Below the pieces are notes generated by a model. The model saw only the letters and a program-made list of their open reading frames with translations. It ran no database searches and was not told where the DNA came from. Positions 1-10,371 of a stretch of 53,048 nt of DNA are shown piece by piece (positions within the stretch are counted from its first letter, which is position 1; each line of letters opens with the position of its first letter). Position numbers and translations under genes: made by a program. Source of the DNA: Sphingomonadaceae bacterium (GTDB taxonomy: Bacteria > Pseudomonadota > Alphaproteobacteria > Sphingomonadales > Sphingomonadaceae); NCBI GenBank assembly GCA_023384025.1, contig JAHDXX010000001.1:1-53048 (forward strand). The letters run 5' to 3'.

Positions 1-440
1 GTCACGAGATGCTTCTTGTGGCCTGCGATGTCGCCTTTGCGGGCGGTGTCCATCACCTTCCACGCTGCGTGGAAGGTCAGCGGCACGAACAGGTGGATCC
101 AGCTGAAACCGCCGGTCGTCTGGATGAAGATCGCGCTGGTCGCGGTCACCAGCATCAGCATGAGCCAGACCTTGCCCAGCATGCGGTGGCGCGGCGTGCC
201 CTTCGGCGCAAGCAGCAGGTAACCACCCAGCGGGATGGTCGGCAGCACGCTGGCGACATGGATCATCACAGGCAGTTTCGTATAGTGGTGCAGGTCGGGC
301 ACCAGCCCCAGCGCCGCGCGGCCCAGTGCCAGCACGATGAAGAAGCACATGGTGAAGCAGGCCAGGCTGACAAGGGTGCGGGCAACGGGTCCGATGTCGA
401 ACGAGGCTGGGCGGGGGGCGGCAAGGGCGAGAGCGGTCAT
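1..440 (-). CDS. DUF2306-like predicted membrane protein (3' end outside window)
   Basis: Not in the ORF track. Manual translation from ATG at 440 gives MTALALAAP...MIHVASVLPTIPLGGYLLLAPKGTPRHRMLGKVW...FSWIHLFVPL, with hydrophobic helices and the KGTxxHRxLGxxW motif. Divergent from the LytTR gene. Confidence 0.75.
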   Translation of the reverse strand, partial: MTALALAAPRPASFDIGPVARTLVSLACFTMCFFIVLALGRAALGLVPDLHHYTKLPVMIHVASVLPTIPLGGYLLLAPKGTPRHRMLGKVWLMLMLVTATSAIFIQTTGGFSWIHLFVPLTFHAAWKVMDTARKGDIAGHKKHLV

Positions 441-598
441 CTGAGGAAACTCCGGTTCGTGGTTGCCCGCCCTTCCTGCCGTCGGGCCGTTCACGCGCCA
501 GCGCATCTGCGTGAGTGGGCGCTCCGGTGCGCGAATGGTGCGCAAATTCCGGGGCCTGCCACTTTACGAAGCGCGAACGGGCGCTAGGTTCCTGTCCG

Positions 599-1411
599 AT
601 GGAGCAGGCCCTTCCGAACCCGCGCAGGCAATTCTGGCGCAAGCTCGTGATCGACCTCGCGGTGATGATCGCAATCGGCGTGGTGCTGGCGCTGATCGGC
701 CCGTTCGGCACGTTCCAGACGAGCTTCCCGACCCGGCTGGCCTACTGGGTCGGCCTCGGGCTGGCCGGCTATGCCTGCTATCGCCCTATGGGGTGGGCGG
801 TGGAGCGGGTCGGACAGGGGCTGGACTTGCCGGTGTGGTTGCTGTGGGTGTTCGCCTGCCTGAGCGCGACAGTGCCGATGACGCTGGTGGTTGCCGGGAT
901 CGACCGGCTGCCGCGCGGTTTGCCCTTGCCGGGCTTCAATACGCTGGCGACGACCTACGGTTATGTGCTGGTGGTTGGCGATATGGTCACGGTGGTCTTC
1001 TTCCTGATCGAGCGCGCCAAAACCGCACCCGCACCGGGCGCAGCGCCGCGCCCCAGGGGCGCGCCGCCAGCCACCGCTGCCCCGGCGCCTGCGGCGAGCC
1101 AGCCGCGCTTCCTCGACCGCCTGCCGCCGCATCTCGGCACGGACCTGATCGCGCTGGAAATGGAGGACCACTATGTCCGCGCGCATACCGTGCTCGGCAG
1201 CGAGCTGGTCCTGATGCGGTTGCGCGATGCCATGGCCGAACTGGACGGGATCGAGGGCCAGCAGGTCCACCGCAGCTGGTGGGTCGCCCGCCACGCGGTG
1301 GAGGACGTGCGCCGCGACGGGCGCAACCTGCGGCTGGTCCTGCCCGGCGGGCTGGAAGCGCCGGTTGCCCGCGCCAATGCGGCTGTGCTGAAGGAGCTGG
1401 GCTGGATCTGA
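599..1411 (+). CDS. LytTR-family DNA-binding protein with N-terminal membrane segments
   Basis: C-terminal ALEMEDHYVRAHT...QVHRSWWVA LytTR motifs; four hydrophobic N-terminal segments; ATG at 599 chosen as start. Confidence 0.88.
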   Translation: MEQALPNPRRQFWRKLVIDLAVMIAIGVVLALIGPFGTFQTSFPTRLAYWVGLGLAGYACYRPMGWAVERVGQGLDLPVWLLWVFACLSATVPMTLVVAGIDRLPRGLPLPGFNTLATTYGYVLVVGDMVTVVFFLIERAKTAPAPGAAPRPRGAPPATAAPAPAASQPRFLDRLPPHLGTDLIALEMEDHYVRAHTVLGSELVLMRLRDAMAELDGIEGQQVHRSWWVARHAVEDVRRDGRNLRLVLPGGLEAPVARANAAVLKELGWI

Positions 1412-1417
1412 AAGCAA

Positions 1418-1460
1418 GAAGACCGGCCGCTCCGGGAGGGGGGAGGAGCGACCGGTCTTC
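1418..1460 (-). terminator. GC-rich hairpin downstream of katG, between convergent genes
   Basis: GAAGACCGG(c)CGCTCC / GGAGCG(a)CCGGTCTTC inverted repeat, followed by TTGCTTT on the minus strand. Confidence 0.6.
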
Positions 1461-1509
1461 CGCGACCCGAAGGGCTCTTGGCGCTTCGGTCAGGTGTCAG
1501 CCTTGCGGC

Positions 1510-3726
<2,217 letters not shown>

Positions 3727-3769
3727 TCAAGTGTGGTCAGGGTAGGGGTGTCATGGTGCAATGGCGCGA

Positions 3770-3815
3770 ACCGTTTGATTAGTCCAATCGATTAATTGCC
3801 AGATAGTAATCGGGT
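3770..3815 (-). promoter_or_regulatory. AT-rich possible OxyR/LysR-type site upstream of katG
   Basis: Isolated AT-rich tract (minus strand GATTACTATCTGGCAATTAATCGATTGGACTAATCAAA) in GC-rich DNA upstream of katG, a typical OxyR target. Match to consensus is loose. Confidence 0.3.
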
Positions 3816-3892
3816 TGTCCGTTCAAAGAGCGCGCCTGTGACGTAGCGTCAGGGGCTTGCAGGAGCCGGTTCAGGCTCCTAACGCGCCGCGG

Positions 3893-4903
3893 ATGACAAA
3901 GTTCCCCCATTCCGCCCGCCTGATGCAGCGCGGCACTGCCTTCCTCGGTTGCGAGACCGCGATCCTGTGCGGTGCGATGAGCTGGGTGTCGGAGCGCCAT
4001 CTGGTCTCGGCGATATCCAACGCGGGCGGATTTGGCGTGATCGCCTGCGGGGCGATGACGCCCGAGCTGCTCGACGCAGAAATCGCGGCGACCAGGGCGC
4101 TGACCGGCAAGCCCTTTGGCGTGAACCTCATCACCATGCACCCGCTGCTGTTCGACCTGATCGCGGTGTGCGGCAGGCACGGGGTCGGCCACGTGGTGCT
4201 GGCAGGCGGCATCCCGCCCAAGGGCAGCGTCGAGGCGATCGCCGCCATCGGGGCCAAGGTGATCTGCTTTGCCCCCACGCTGGCGCTGGCGAAGAAGCTG
4301 CTGCGGAGCGGTGCCGATGCACTGGTGATCGAGGGGATGGAGGCCGGCGGCCACATCGGCCCGGTCGCGACCAGCGTGCTGGCGCAGGAGATCCTGCCGG
4401 AACTGGCGGAAGAGCACCTGGTGTTCGTCGCCGGGGGGATCGGCAAGGGGCAGGCGATGGCCAGCTATCTCGAGATGGGCGCCGCCGGGGTCCAGCTCGG
4501 CACCCGGTTTGCCTGCGCCACCGAAAGCATTGCCCACCCCGAGTTCAAGAAAGCGTTCTTCCGCGCCAGTGCCCGCGATGCTGTGGCCAGCGTTCAGGTC
4601 GATCCGCGCCTGCCGGTGATCCCGGTCCGTGCGCTGAAGAACAAGGGCACCGAGGAATTCACCGCCAAGCAGATCGAAGTCGCCGCCCGGCTCGACCGGG
4701 GTGAAGTCGGCATGGAAGAGGCCCAGTTGCAGATCGAGCAGTACTGGGCCGGTGCGCTGCGCCGCGCGGTGATCGACGGCGATGTCGAAGGCGGCAGCCT
4801 GATGGCGGGGCAAAGCGTCGGCATGGTCAAGGCCGAGGAACCGGTGGCTGACATTATCGCCCAGCTGATGGCCGAATGCGAAGAAGCGCTGGAGCGGCGC
4901 TAG
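3893..4903 (+). CDS. nitronate monooxygenase / FabK-like FMN-dependent oxidoreductase
   Basis: EGMEAGGHIG, VAGGIG, GVQLGTRF and MAGQSVG motifs. Confidence 0.88.
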   Translation: MTKFPHSARLMQRGTAFLGCETAILCGAMSWVSERHLVSAISNAGGFGVIACGAMTPELLDAEIAATRALTGKPFGVNLITMHPLLFDLIAVCGRHGVGHVVLAGGIPPKGSVEAIAAIGAKVICFAPTLALAKKLLRSGADALVIEGMEAGGHIGPVATSVLAQEILPELAEEHLVFVAGGIGKGQAMASYLEMGAAGVQLGTRFACATESIAHPEFKKAFFRASARDAVASVQVDPRLPVIPVRALKNKGTEEFTAKQIEVAARLDRGEVGMEEAQLQIEQYWAGALRRAVIDGDVEGGSLMAGQSVGMVKAEEPVADIIAQLMAECEEALERR

Positions 4904-5391
4904 CCGTATTTCTGCCAGAACCGCTCGTCATCCATGGTGATGTAGACCAGGCCTTCGATGAAGGCGATGAGCGCCGGGATGAAGGTCCAGCAGAAGACCA
5001 GGTACAGCAGCCCCTGCCCGACGCGGTTGAGGTAGAACTTGTGTCCGCCAATGCCGCCCAGAAGCCAGGCGAGCAGGAAGGCGGCAAGTTTGCTCTTGGT
5101 CCTGGTATAGGGCACGGCGGCTGCGTGGCCACCCATCAGCGGGCTGGCCTGCCGTTCGGCGGCGCGACGGGCTTCTTCCGCAGCACGCAACGACAGATCC
5201 AGCGTCTCGCCGCAATGGCGACATTTCTTCGCGCGGGCGGAAATGTCCTCGTCGCACATCGGGCACCGCACGCGGTCTGTCCCGGCGGGAACCAGAGCGC
5301 CGTCCTGCTTCAGGTCGGACGTGTCGCCGACCTGCCCAAGCAAGCCGGACTTCTGGCGTAACCTGCGGATTTCATCCACGCGCGAAACCAT
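4900..5391 (-). CDS. zinc-ribbon plus TM2 (NINE) domain membrane protein
   Basis: CPMC...CRHC zinc ribbon, then KSKLAAFLLAWLLGGIGGHKFYL TM2 signature. Start uncertain (5391 or 5412). Confidence 0.8.
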   Translation of the reverse strand: MVSRVDEIRRLRQKSGLLGQVGDTSDLKQDGALVPAGTDRVRCPMCDEDISARAKKCRHCGETLDLSLRAAEEARRAAERQASPLMGGHAAAVPYTRTKSKLAAFLLAWLLGGIGGHKFYLNRVGQGLLYLVFCWTFIPALIAFIEGLVYITMDDERFWQKYG

Positions 5392-5549
5392 TGCCAACCC
5401 TCTCGAAACCACTTCTTGCTATGCCGACCGGCGTACCCGCGTAATACAGTTCATCAGGCCATCGATGGCAAGCGAAACGATTGGATTCCCGCGCACGGAT
5501 GGGGCCTTGCGGGTTTTCGGTACCAGGCCCCCAGCTGGAGAATGTGCAA

Positions 5550-6404
5550 GTGCCCGCCCCCCTTGTCCTTACCCTTGCCTGTCCAGACCGGCCCGGCATC
5601 ACTGCGCGGGTCACCTCGTTCCTGTTCGAACGCGGCGGCAATGTGCTGGAAGCGCAGCAGTTCAACGATGCAGCGAGCGGGCGGTTCTTCATGCGGGTCG
5701 AGTTCGACCCCGGCACAGTGGCGCGCGAGGTGCTGCGGGCCGAGTTTGCCCCGCTGGCAGGCGAATTTGCGATGGAGTGGAAGCTCGCCCTGCGTGACCG
5801 GCCGCGCCGGGTCATGCTGCTGGTGAGCAAGTTCGACCATTGCCTTGCCGACCTGCTCTACCGCTGGCGCATCGGCGAGCTGGCGATGGAGCCGGTCGCA
5901 GTCGTGTGCAACCATCCGCGCGGGGTGCTGACGCACACCAATATCGGCGATGTGCCCTTCCACCATCTCCCCGTCACCCCTGGAGCGAAGGAGGCGCAGG
6001 AAGCGCAGGTCCGTGCGCTCGCCGAGGATACCGGAGCCGAGCTGGTGGTGCTGGCGCGCTACATGCAGATCCTGTCAGACGAGCAGGCCGCGCATTTCAG
6101 CGGGCGCTGCATCAATATCCACCACAGCTTCCTGCCCGGGTTCAAGGGCGCCAAGCCCTATCATCAGGCGCACGCGCGCGGGGTCAAAATGATCGGCGCG
6201 ACCGCGCACTACGTCACCCGCGATCTCGATGAAGGGCCGATCATCCACCAGGATGTCGAGGCGATCAGCCACGCCGACACGCCCGAAGAGCTGGTGCGCA
6301 AAGGCCGCGATATCGAACGACGGGTGCTCGCCGAAGCGGTGCGGCTCCATCTGGAGGAGCGCGTTCTGCTGAACGGATCGCGCACGGTCGTGTTCAAGGG
6401 CTAG
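5550..6404 (+). CDS. purU: formyltetrahydrofolate deformylase
   Basis: ACT domain CPDRPGITA; [40 protein letters not shown] start after GGAG. Confidence 0.96.
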   Translation: MPAPLVLTLACPDRPGITARVTSFLFERGGNVLEAQQFNDAASGRFFMRVEFDPGTVAREVLRAEFAPLAGEFAMEWKLALRDRPRRVMLLVSKFDHCLADLLYRWRIGELAMEPVAVVCNHPRGVLTHTNIGDVPFHHLPVTPGAKEAQEAQVRALAEDTGAELVVLARYMQILSDEQAAHFSGRCINIHHSFLPGFKGAKPYHQAHARGVKMIGATAHYVTRDLDEGPIIHQDVEAISHADTPEELVRKGRDIERRVLAEAVRLHLEERVLLNGSRTVVFKG

Positions 6405-6437
6405 AAATTGGACCGGGGCAGGCCTAGTGGCCGCGCC

Positions 6438-6839
6438 ATGGTCGCGTTGCGCACCCGCCTGTTCCGCAATCCGGCCGCATGGCTTGTGCTGGTCGTGCTG
6501 GCGCTGGGCCTGCGCGCGCTGGTGCCGCAGGGGTTCATGGTGAGTCAGGCCGATGACCTCTCCCTGACCGTGTCGATCTGCCGTGATGCCGGGGTTGGCC
6601 CGGCCACGATGACACTGGAAATCCCGCGCAAGACCCCCGCGCCCGGCCACGCCGACGAAGCTGGCAAGCACTGCGCCTTCGGGTCGCTGGGCCAGGCGGC
6701 AACATTGCCGCCGGTCGATGTGCTGGCCGCGATGCTGGCGTTCGTCATGGCGCTGGCCCTGCTGCCCGCGCCACGCATCGTGCTCACCCGGCTGGCGCGG
6801 TTGCGCCCGCCGTTAAGGGGGCCACCGGTCCTTTCCTGA
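6438..6839 (+). CDS. DUF2946-family leader protein (CruR/CutF-like)
   Basis: Signal-like N-terminus with LVPQGFM, Cys residues in SIC and HCAF, Pro-rich tail ending RPPLRGPPVLS; directly upstream of a TonB receptor. Confidence 0.78.
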   Translation: MVALRTRLFRNPAAWLVLVVLALGLRALVPQGFMVSQADDLSLTVSICRDAGVGPATMTLEIPRKTPAPGHADEAGKHCAFGSLGQAATLPPVDVLAAMLAFVMALALLPAPRIVLTRLARLRPPLRGPPVLS

Positions 6840-6896
6840 ACCCTCCAACCGGGCCGCCCGTGGCGGCTCATGTTCCCTCAAGTTCAGGAATTTCCG

Positions 6897-9017
6897 ATGT
6901 CCGATATCTCCCGCCGCCTGCGCGGCCTGCTGCTGTGCGCGCCTGCAATGCTGGCCGCCGTCCCGCTCCATGCCGAGCATTCCGACCAGACCTCGCGCGA
7001 TCCGGTGCTGACCGACGTGATTGTGGTCACCGCCGCGCGCGATTCGACTGCCTCAACCGATGCGCTCGACCCGCCCGCAACGATTGCCCTGCCACCCGAT
7101 GCCGCCGCGATTGCTGCGCGCACCGCTGGCGGTGCGCTGGTCGGGAACGGCGCGCTCTCGGGCCAGCTGTCCTATCGCGGGCTTTCGGGCGAACGTGTGC
7201 TCGGCCGGATCAACGGCCAGCGCTTCGCCACCGGCGGCCCCAACGCGATGGACCCGCCGCTGCATTATGCTCCCGCTGTGCTGCTCGAGCGGATCGAGAT
7301 CGCGCGCGGGGTTGCGCCCGTCTCGCAAGGGCCGGGGCTGGCCGGCGCGCTCAACGCCGTGCTCCTGCAACCTGCCTTCGGCACCGGCCCCGCGCTGGCT
7401 CCGACCGGCACGGCCCGCGCGCACTACCGCAGTGTGGATGACAGCTATGCCGTGGGCGGCATGGCCGGGCTCGCCAGCGACCGCTGGCGGCTTGGCCTGC
7501 TCGCCAGCCGCGAGGAAGGCGATGACTACGCTATTCCGGGCGGCACGGCTGGCAGCACTTCGTTCGAGCGCAATCTCTATGGCGCGGTCGCCGGTTTCCG
7601 GACCGGTGCGGGCGAACTGTTTGTCGAATATCGCCGCAGCGAAACCGATCCGAGCGGTAACCCCCCGTTCGCGCTCGACATCGTCTATTTCAACACCGAT
7701 TTCGTGCAGGGCGGGTTTACCGGCTCTATCGCGCGCGATGTCACACTCGATGTGCGGTTGGGCCACGTCGCGGTGCGTCACCTGATGGACAACCAGACCG
7801 TGCGCCGCCCCGCCGCGCCTGCCGCCATGGCGCGGGCGACGTTCGCTGACGCCAATACCATGACGGCGGAAACCTCGATCCGCTTAGGTGGCGAGCGGCG
7901 CCATATCAAATTGGGGGTGGATGCGGAGCTGACCGACAAGTTCGTGCGGATCACCAACCCGTTCAACGCCGGGTTCTTCATCGACGCACAGCCGCAGCTC
8001 CGGTCCGAGCGAGTGGGTGCCTTTGCCGAATGGCGCGGTGGGGCAGGCTTGGTCGAACTGGAAGCCGGGGCGCGGCTCGACCGGGTCAGCGAGAGCGCCG
8101 GTCTGCCGCAGCTTGGCGCGGCGGTGCCTGCCGGGCCGCGCACGCTGGCGGCGCAATTTGTCGCCAGCGACCGCGTGCGGCGCGACACCGTGGTTGATGC
8201 GGTAATCCGCGCGTGGGCGCCGGGCGAGGTGCTGACCCCGCGCCTCACGCTGGCGCGCAAGACCCGCGTGCCCAGCCTGCTGGAGCGGTTCGCATGGCTG
8301 CCGACGGAGGCCAGCTATGGTCTTGCTGACGGCAACATCTACGTCGGGAACCGCGCGCTGGAGCCGGAAGTCGCGTGGATTGCCGAAGCCGGGTTCGACC
8401 TCGAGACGGGCGGGCTGACCTTGCGCCCGACGCTGTTCTACCGCCGGGTCGACGATTACATCCAGGGCACGCCGTTCGATGCCACGCCGGGGGTCATCAA
8501 CAGCCCGGTGGAGATGGTCGCCAACATGGGCGGCGATGCGACCCCGCTGATGTTCCGCAATGTCGACGCCGAACTCTACGGTGTCGATGTGGATTTCGAC
8601 ATGGCGATTGCCGCGACCGTGCGGGTCGAAGGGACCGCCAGTTATGTGCGGGCCAAGCGGCGCGACATCGCGGACAACCTCTACCGCGTGGCCCCCGCCA
8701 GCGGGCGGCTGGCCTTCCTGTGGCAACCGGGCGCCTTCACGCTCGGCGCGGAGGTCAATGCCGCGGCACGGCAGGGCAAGGTCTCTGCCACCAACAGCGA
8801 AGCGCCAAGCAAGGGCTATGCCGTGGTCGGGCTGTTCGGCGAAGCGCGGCTTGGTGACCGGCTCACTCTGGCAGCAGGGGTCGAGAACCTGTTCGACACC
8901 CTCTACCGCCCGCACCTGTCGGGCTTCAGCCGGGTCGGCGCTTCCGACGTGCCGGTCGGGACCAAGCAGCCGGGTGCCGGACGCGGCGTCTGGGCGCGGA
9001 TCGGGTTCGACTTCTGA
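6897..9017 (+). CDS. TonB-dependent receptor, OprC-like (copper-type)
   Basis: Signal peptide, TonB box IVVTA, plug motif GGPNAMDPP, HLMDN, terminal aromatic FDF. Confidence 0.85.
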   Translation: MSDISRRLRGLLLCAPAMLAAVPLHAEHSDQTSRDPVLTDVIVVTAARDSTASTDALDPPATIALPPDAAAIAARTAGGALVGNGALSGQLSYRGLSGERVLGRINGQRFATGGPNAMDPPLHYAPAVLLERIEIARGVAPVSQGPGLAGALNAVLLQPAFGTGPALAPTGTARAHYRSVDDSYAVGGMAGLASDRWRLGLLASREEGDDYAIPGGTAGSTSFERNLYGAVAGFRTGAGELFVEYRRSETDPSGNPPFALDIVYFNTDFVQGGFTGSIARDVTLDVRLGHVAVRHLMDNQTVRRPAAPAAMARATFADANTMTAETSIRLGGERRHIKLGVDAELTDKFVRITNPFNAGFFIDAQPQLRSERVGAFAEWRGGAGLVELEAGARLDRVSESAGLPQLGAAVPAGPRTLAAQFVASDRVRRDTVVDAVIRAWAPGEVLTPRLTLARKTRVPSLLERFAWLPTEASYGLADGNIYVGNRALEPEVAWIAEAGFDLETGGLTLRPTLFYRRVDDYIQGTPFDATPGVINSPVEMVANMGGDATPLMFRNVDAELYGVDVDFDMAIAATVRVEGTASYVRAKRRDIADNLYRVAPASGRLAFLWQPGAFTLGAEVNAAARQGKVSATNSEAPSKGYAVVGLFGEARLGDRLTLAAGVENLFDTLYRPHLSGFSRVGASDVPVGTKQPGAGRGVWARIGFDF

Positions 9018-9118
9018 ACCCGAGCCGATTGCGCCGGGGGCGTGCTCGCTCTTTTGAGCGATTGCGTCCTCGGCGCCGGCCTGCTTGAACGGCGGGCGAA
9101 CCAAGGAGAGGGAACACG

Positions 9119-9913
9119 ATGCCGGACTATCCACTGCCCAACAATTCGACCGACCTGTCAGGCCGGGTCGCGCTGGTCACCGGGGCCTCGTCCGGATTTG
9201 GCGAGCGGTTTGCCCGGGTGCTGGCGAGCCAGGGCGCGGCAGTGGCAATCGCGGCGCGGCGGATCGACCGCCTGGAGGCGCTTGCGGCCGAGATCGAGGC
9301 TGCCGGCGGGCGCGCGCTTCCGGTGCAGATGGACGCAACCGATGCCGATGCGCTGGTCGCGGCAGTCGCGGCAGCGGAGGCGGCCTTCGGCACGGTCGAC
9401 ATCCTCGTCAACAATGCCGGCATTCCCGATGCCCAGCGCGCGCACAAGATGCCGCTCGACCTGGTCGACCGGGTGCTGGGGGTTAATCTGCGCGCGCCGT
9501 GGATTTTGGCCTGCGAAGTCGCGCGGCGGCTGATGGCGGCGGGCAAGCCGGGCAATATCGTCAACATCGCCTCCGTCGCCCACTACAGCTACAACGGCGG
9601 CGGCGCGGCGCTCTACGCGGTGACCAAGACCGCGCTGGTCCGGATGACCGAAGCGCTGAGCGTCGAATGGGCCTATGCCGGGATCAACGTCAACGCAATC
9701 GCCCCGGGCATGTTCGTGACCGAGATGACCGACGGCATGTTCGCCCGCATCGGCGATCCGACCGAAATGGTCGCGCGCCGCCGCGTGCCGGTGCCCGCGC
9801 AGCTTGATTCAACTCTGCTCTACCTTGTCAGCGCCGCGAGCGAATGCGTGACCGGCGCGACGATCCGGGTCGACGACGGGCAGAGCGCGCAGATGGCGAT
9901 GCGCAAAGCCTAG
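9119..9913 (+). CDS. short-chain dehydrogenase/reductase
   Basis: TGASSGFG, NNAG and YAVTK (YxxxK) motifs. Confidence 0.93.
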   Translation: MPDYPLPNNSTDLSGRVALVTGASSGFGERFARVLASQGAAVAIAARRIDRLEALAAEIEAAGGRALPVQMDATDADALVAAVAAAEAAFGTVDILVNNAGIPDAQRAHKMPLDLVDRVLGVNLRAPWILACEVARRLMAAGKPGNIVNIASVAHYSYNGGGAALYAVTKTALVRMTEALSVEWAYAGINVNAIAPGMFVTEMTDGMFARIGDPTEMVARRRVPVPAQLDSTLLYLVSAASECVTGATIRVDDGQSAQMAMRKA

Positions 9914-10371
9914 CTCTGCCGCTCCAGCAATTCCCGCCAAGGGGCCACGCGGGGATCGTCCGAGCTCAACGGATCCCACTGCTGCGCCATCAGCGCGCGG
10001 GCCTCGGCTTCGGGCATGCCCTGTTCGCGGTGCAGGAGGTAGAAGAACGCCGAAACGCGCCAGTTCATGATGCAGTGGACATGGACCGGGGCATCGCCCG
10101 CCAGCGCCTCCTTGAATGCCGCGTAGTGGTCCGCATGCGGCGCATCGAACGGCACCGGTATATGGGTATAGGTGATGCCGGTCGCCGCCATCGCCTCGGC
10201 TTCGCGGGGCAGGGCCTCGGGATGGTCGGCGAGCGCCAAGTTTACCACTTGGCGCACACCAAGGCTCGCCAGCCGTGCCGGATCGCCCGGATCAAGCTTG
10301 CCGGAGGTGGTGATCCGGGACGACAGCCGTTGCCAGCCGCGGATGTCGTCCGGATCGCCTGGTACGCTCAC
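9910..10371 (-). CDS. protein tyrosine phosphatase-fold / DUF442-like protein
   Basis: HCIMNWR (CX5R-type loop) in a 153-aa protein; GTGA overlap with the upstream ADH gene. Confidence 0.75.
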   Translation of the reverse strand: MSVPGDPDDIRGWQRLSSRITTSGKLDPGDPARLASLGVRQVVNLALADHPEALPREAEAMAATGITYTHIPVPFDAPHADHYAAFKEALAGDAPVHVHCIMNWRVSAFFYLLHREQGMPEAEARALMAQQWDPLSSDDPRVAPWRELLERQS

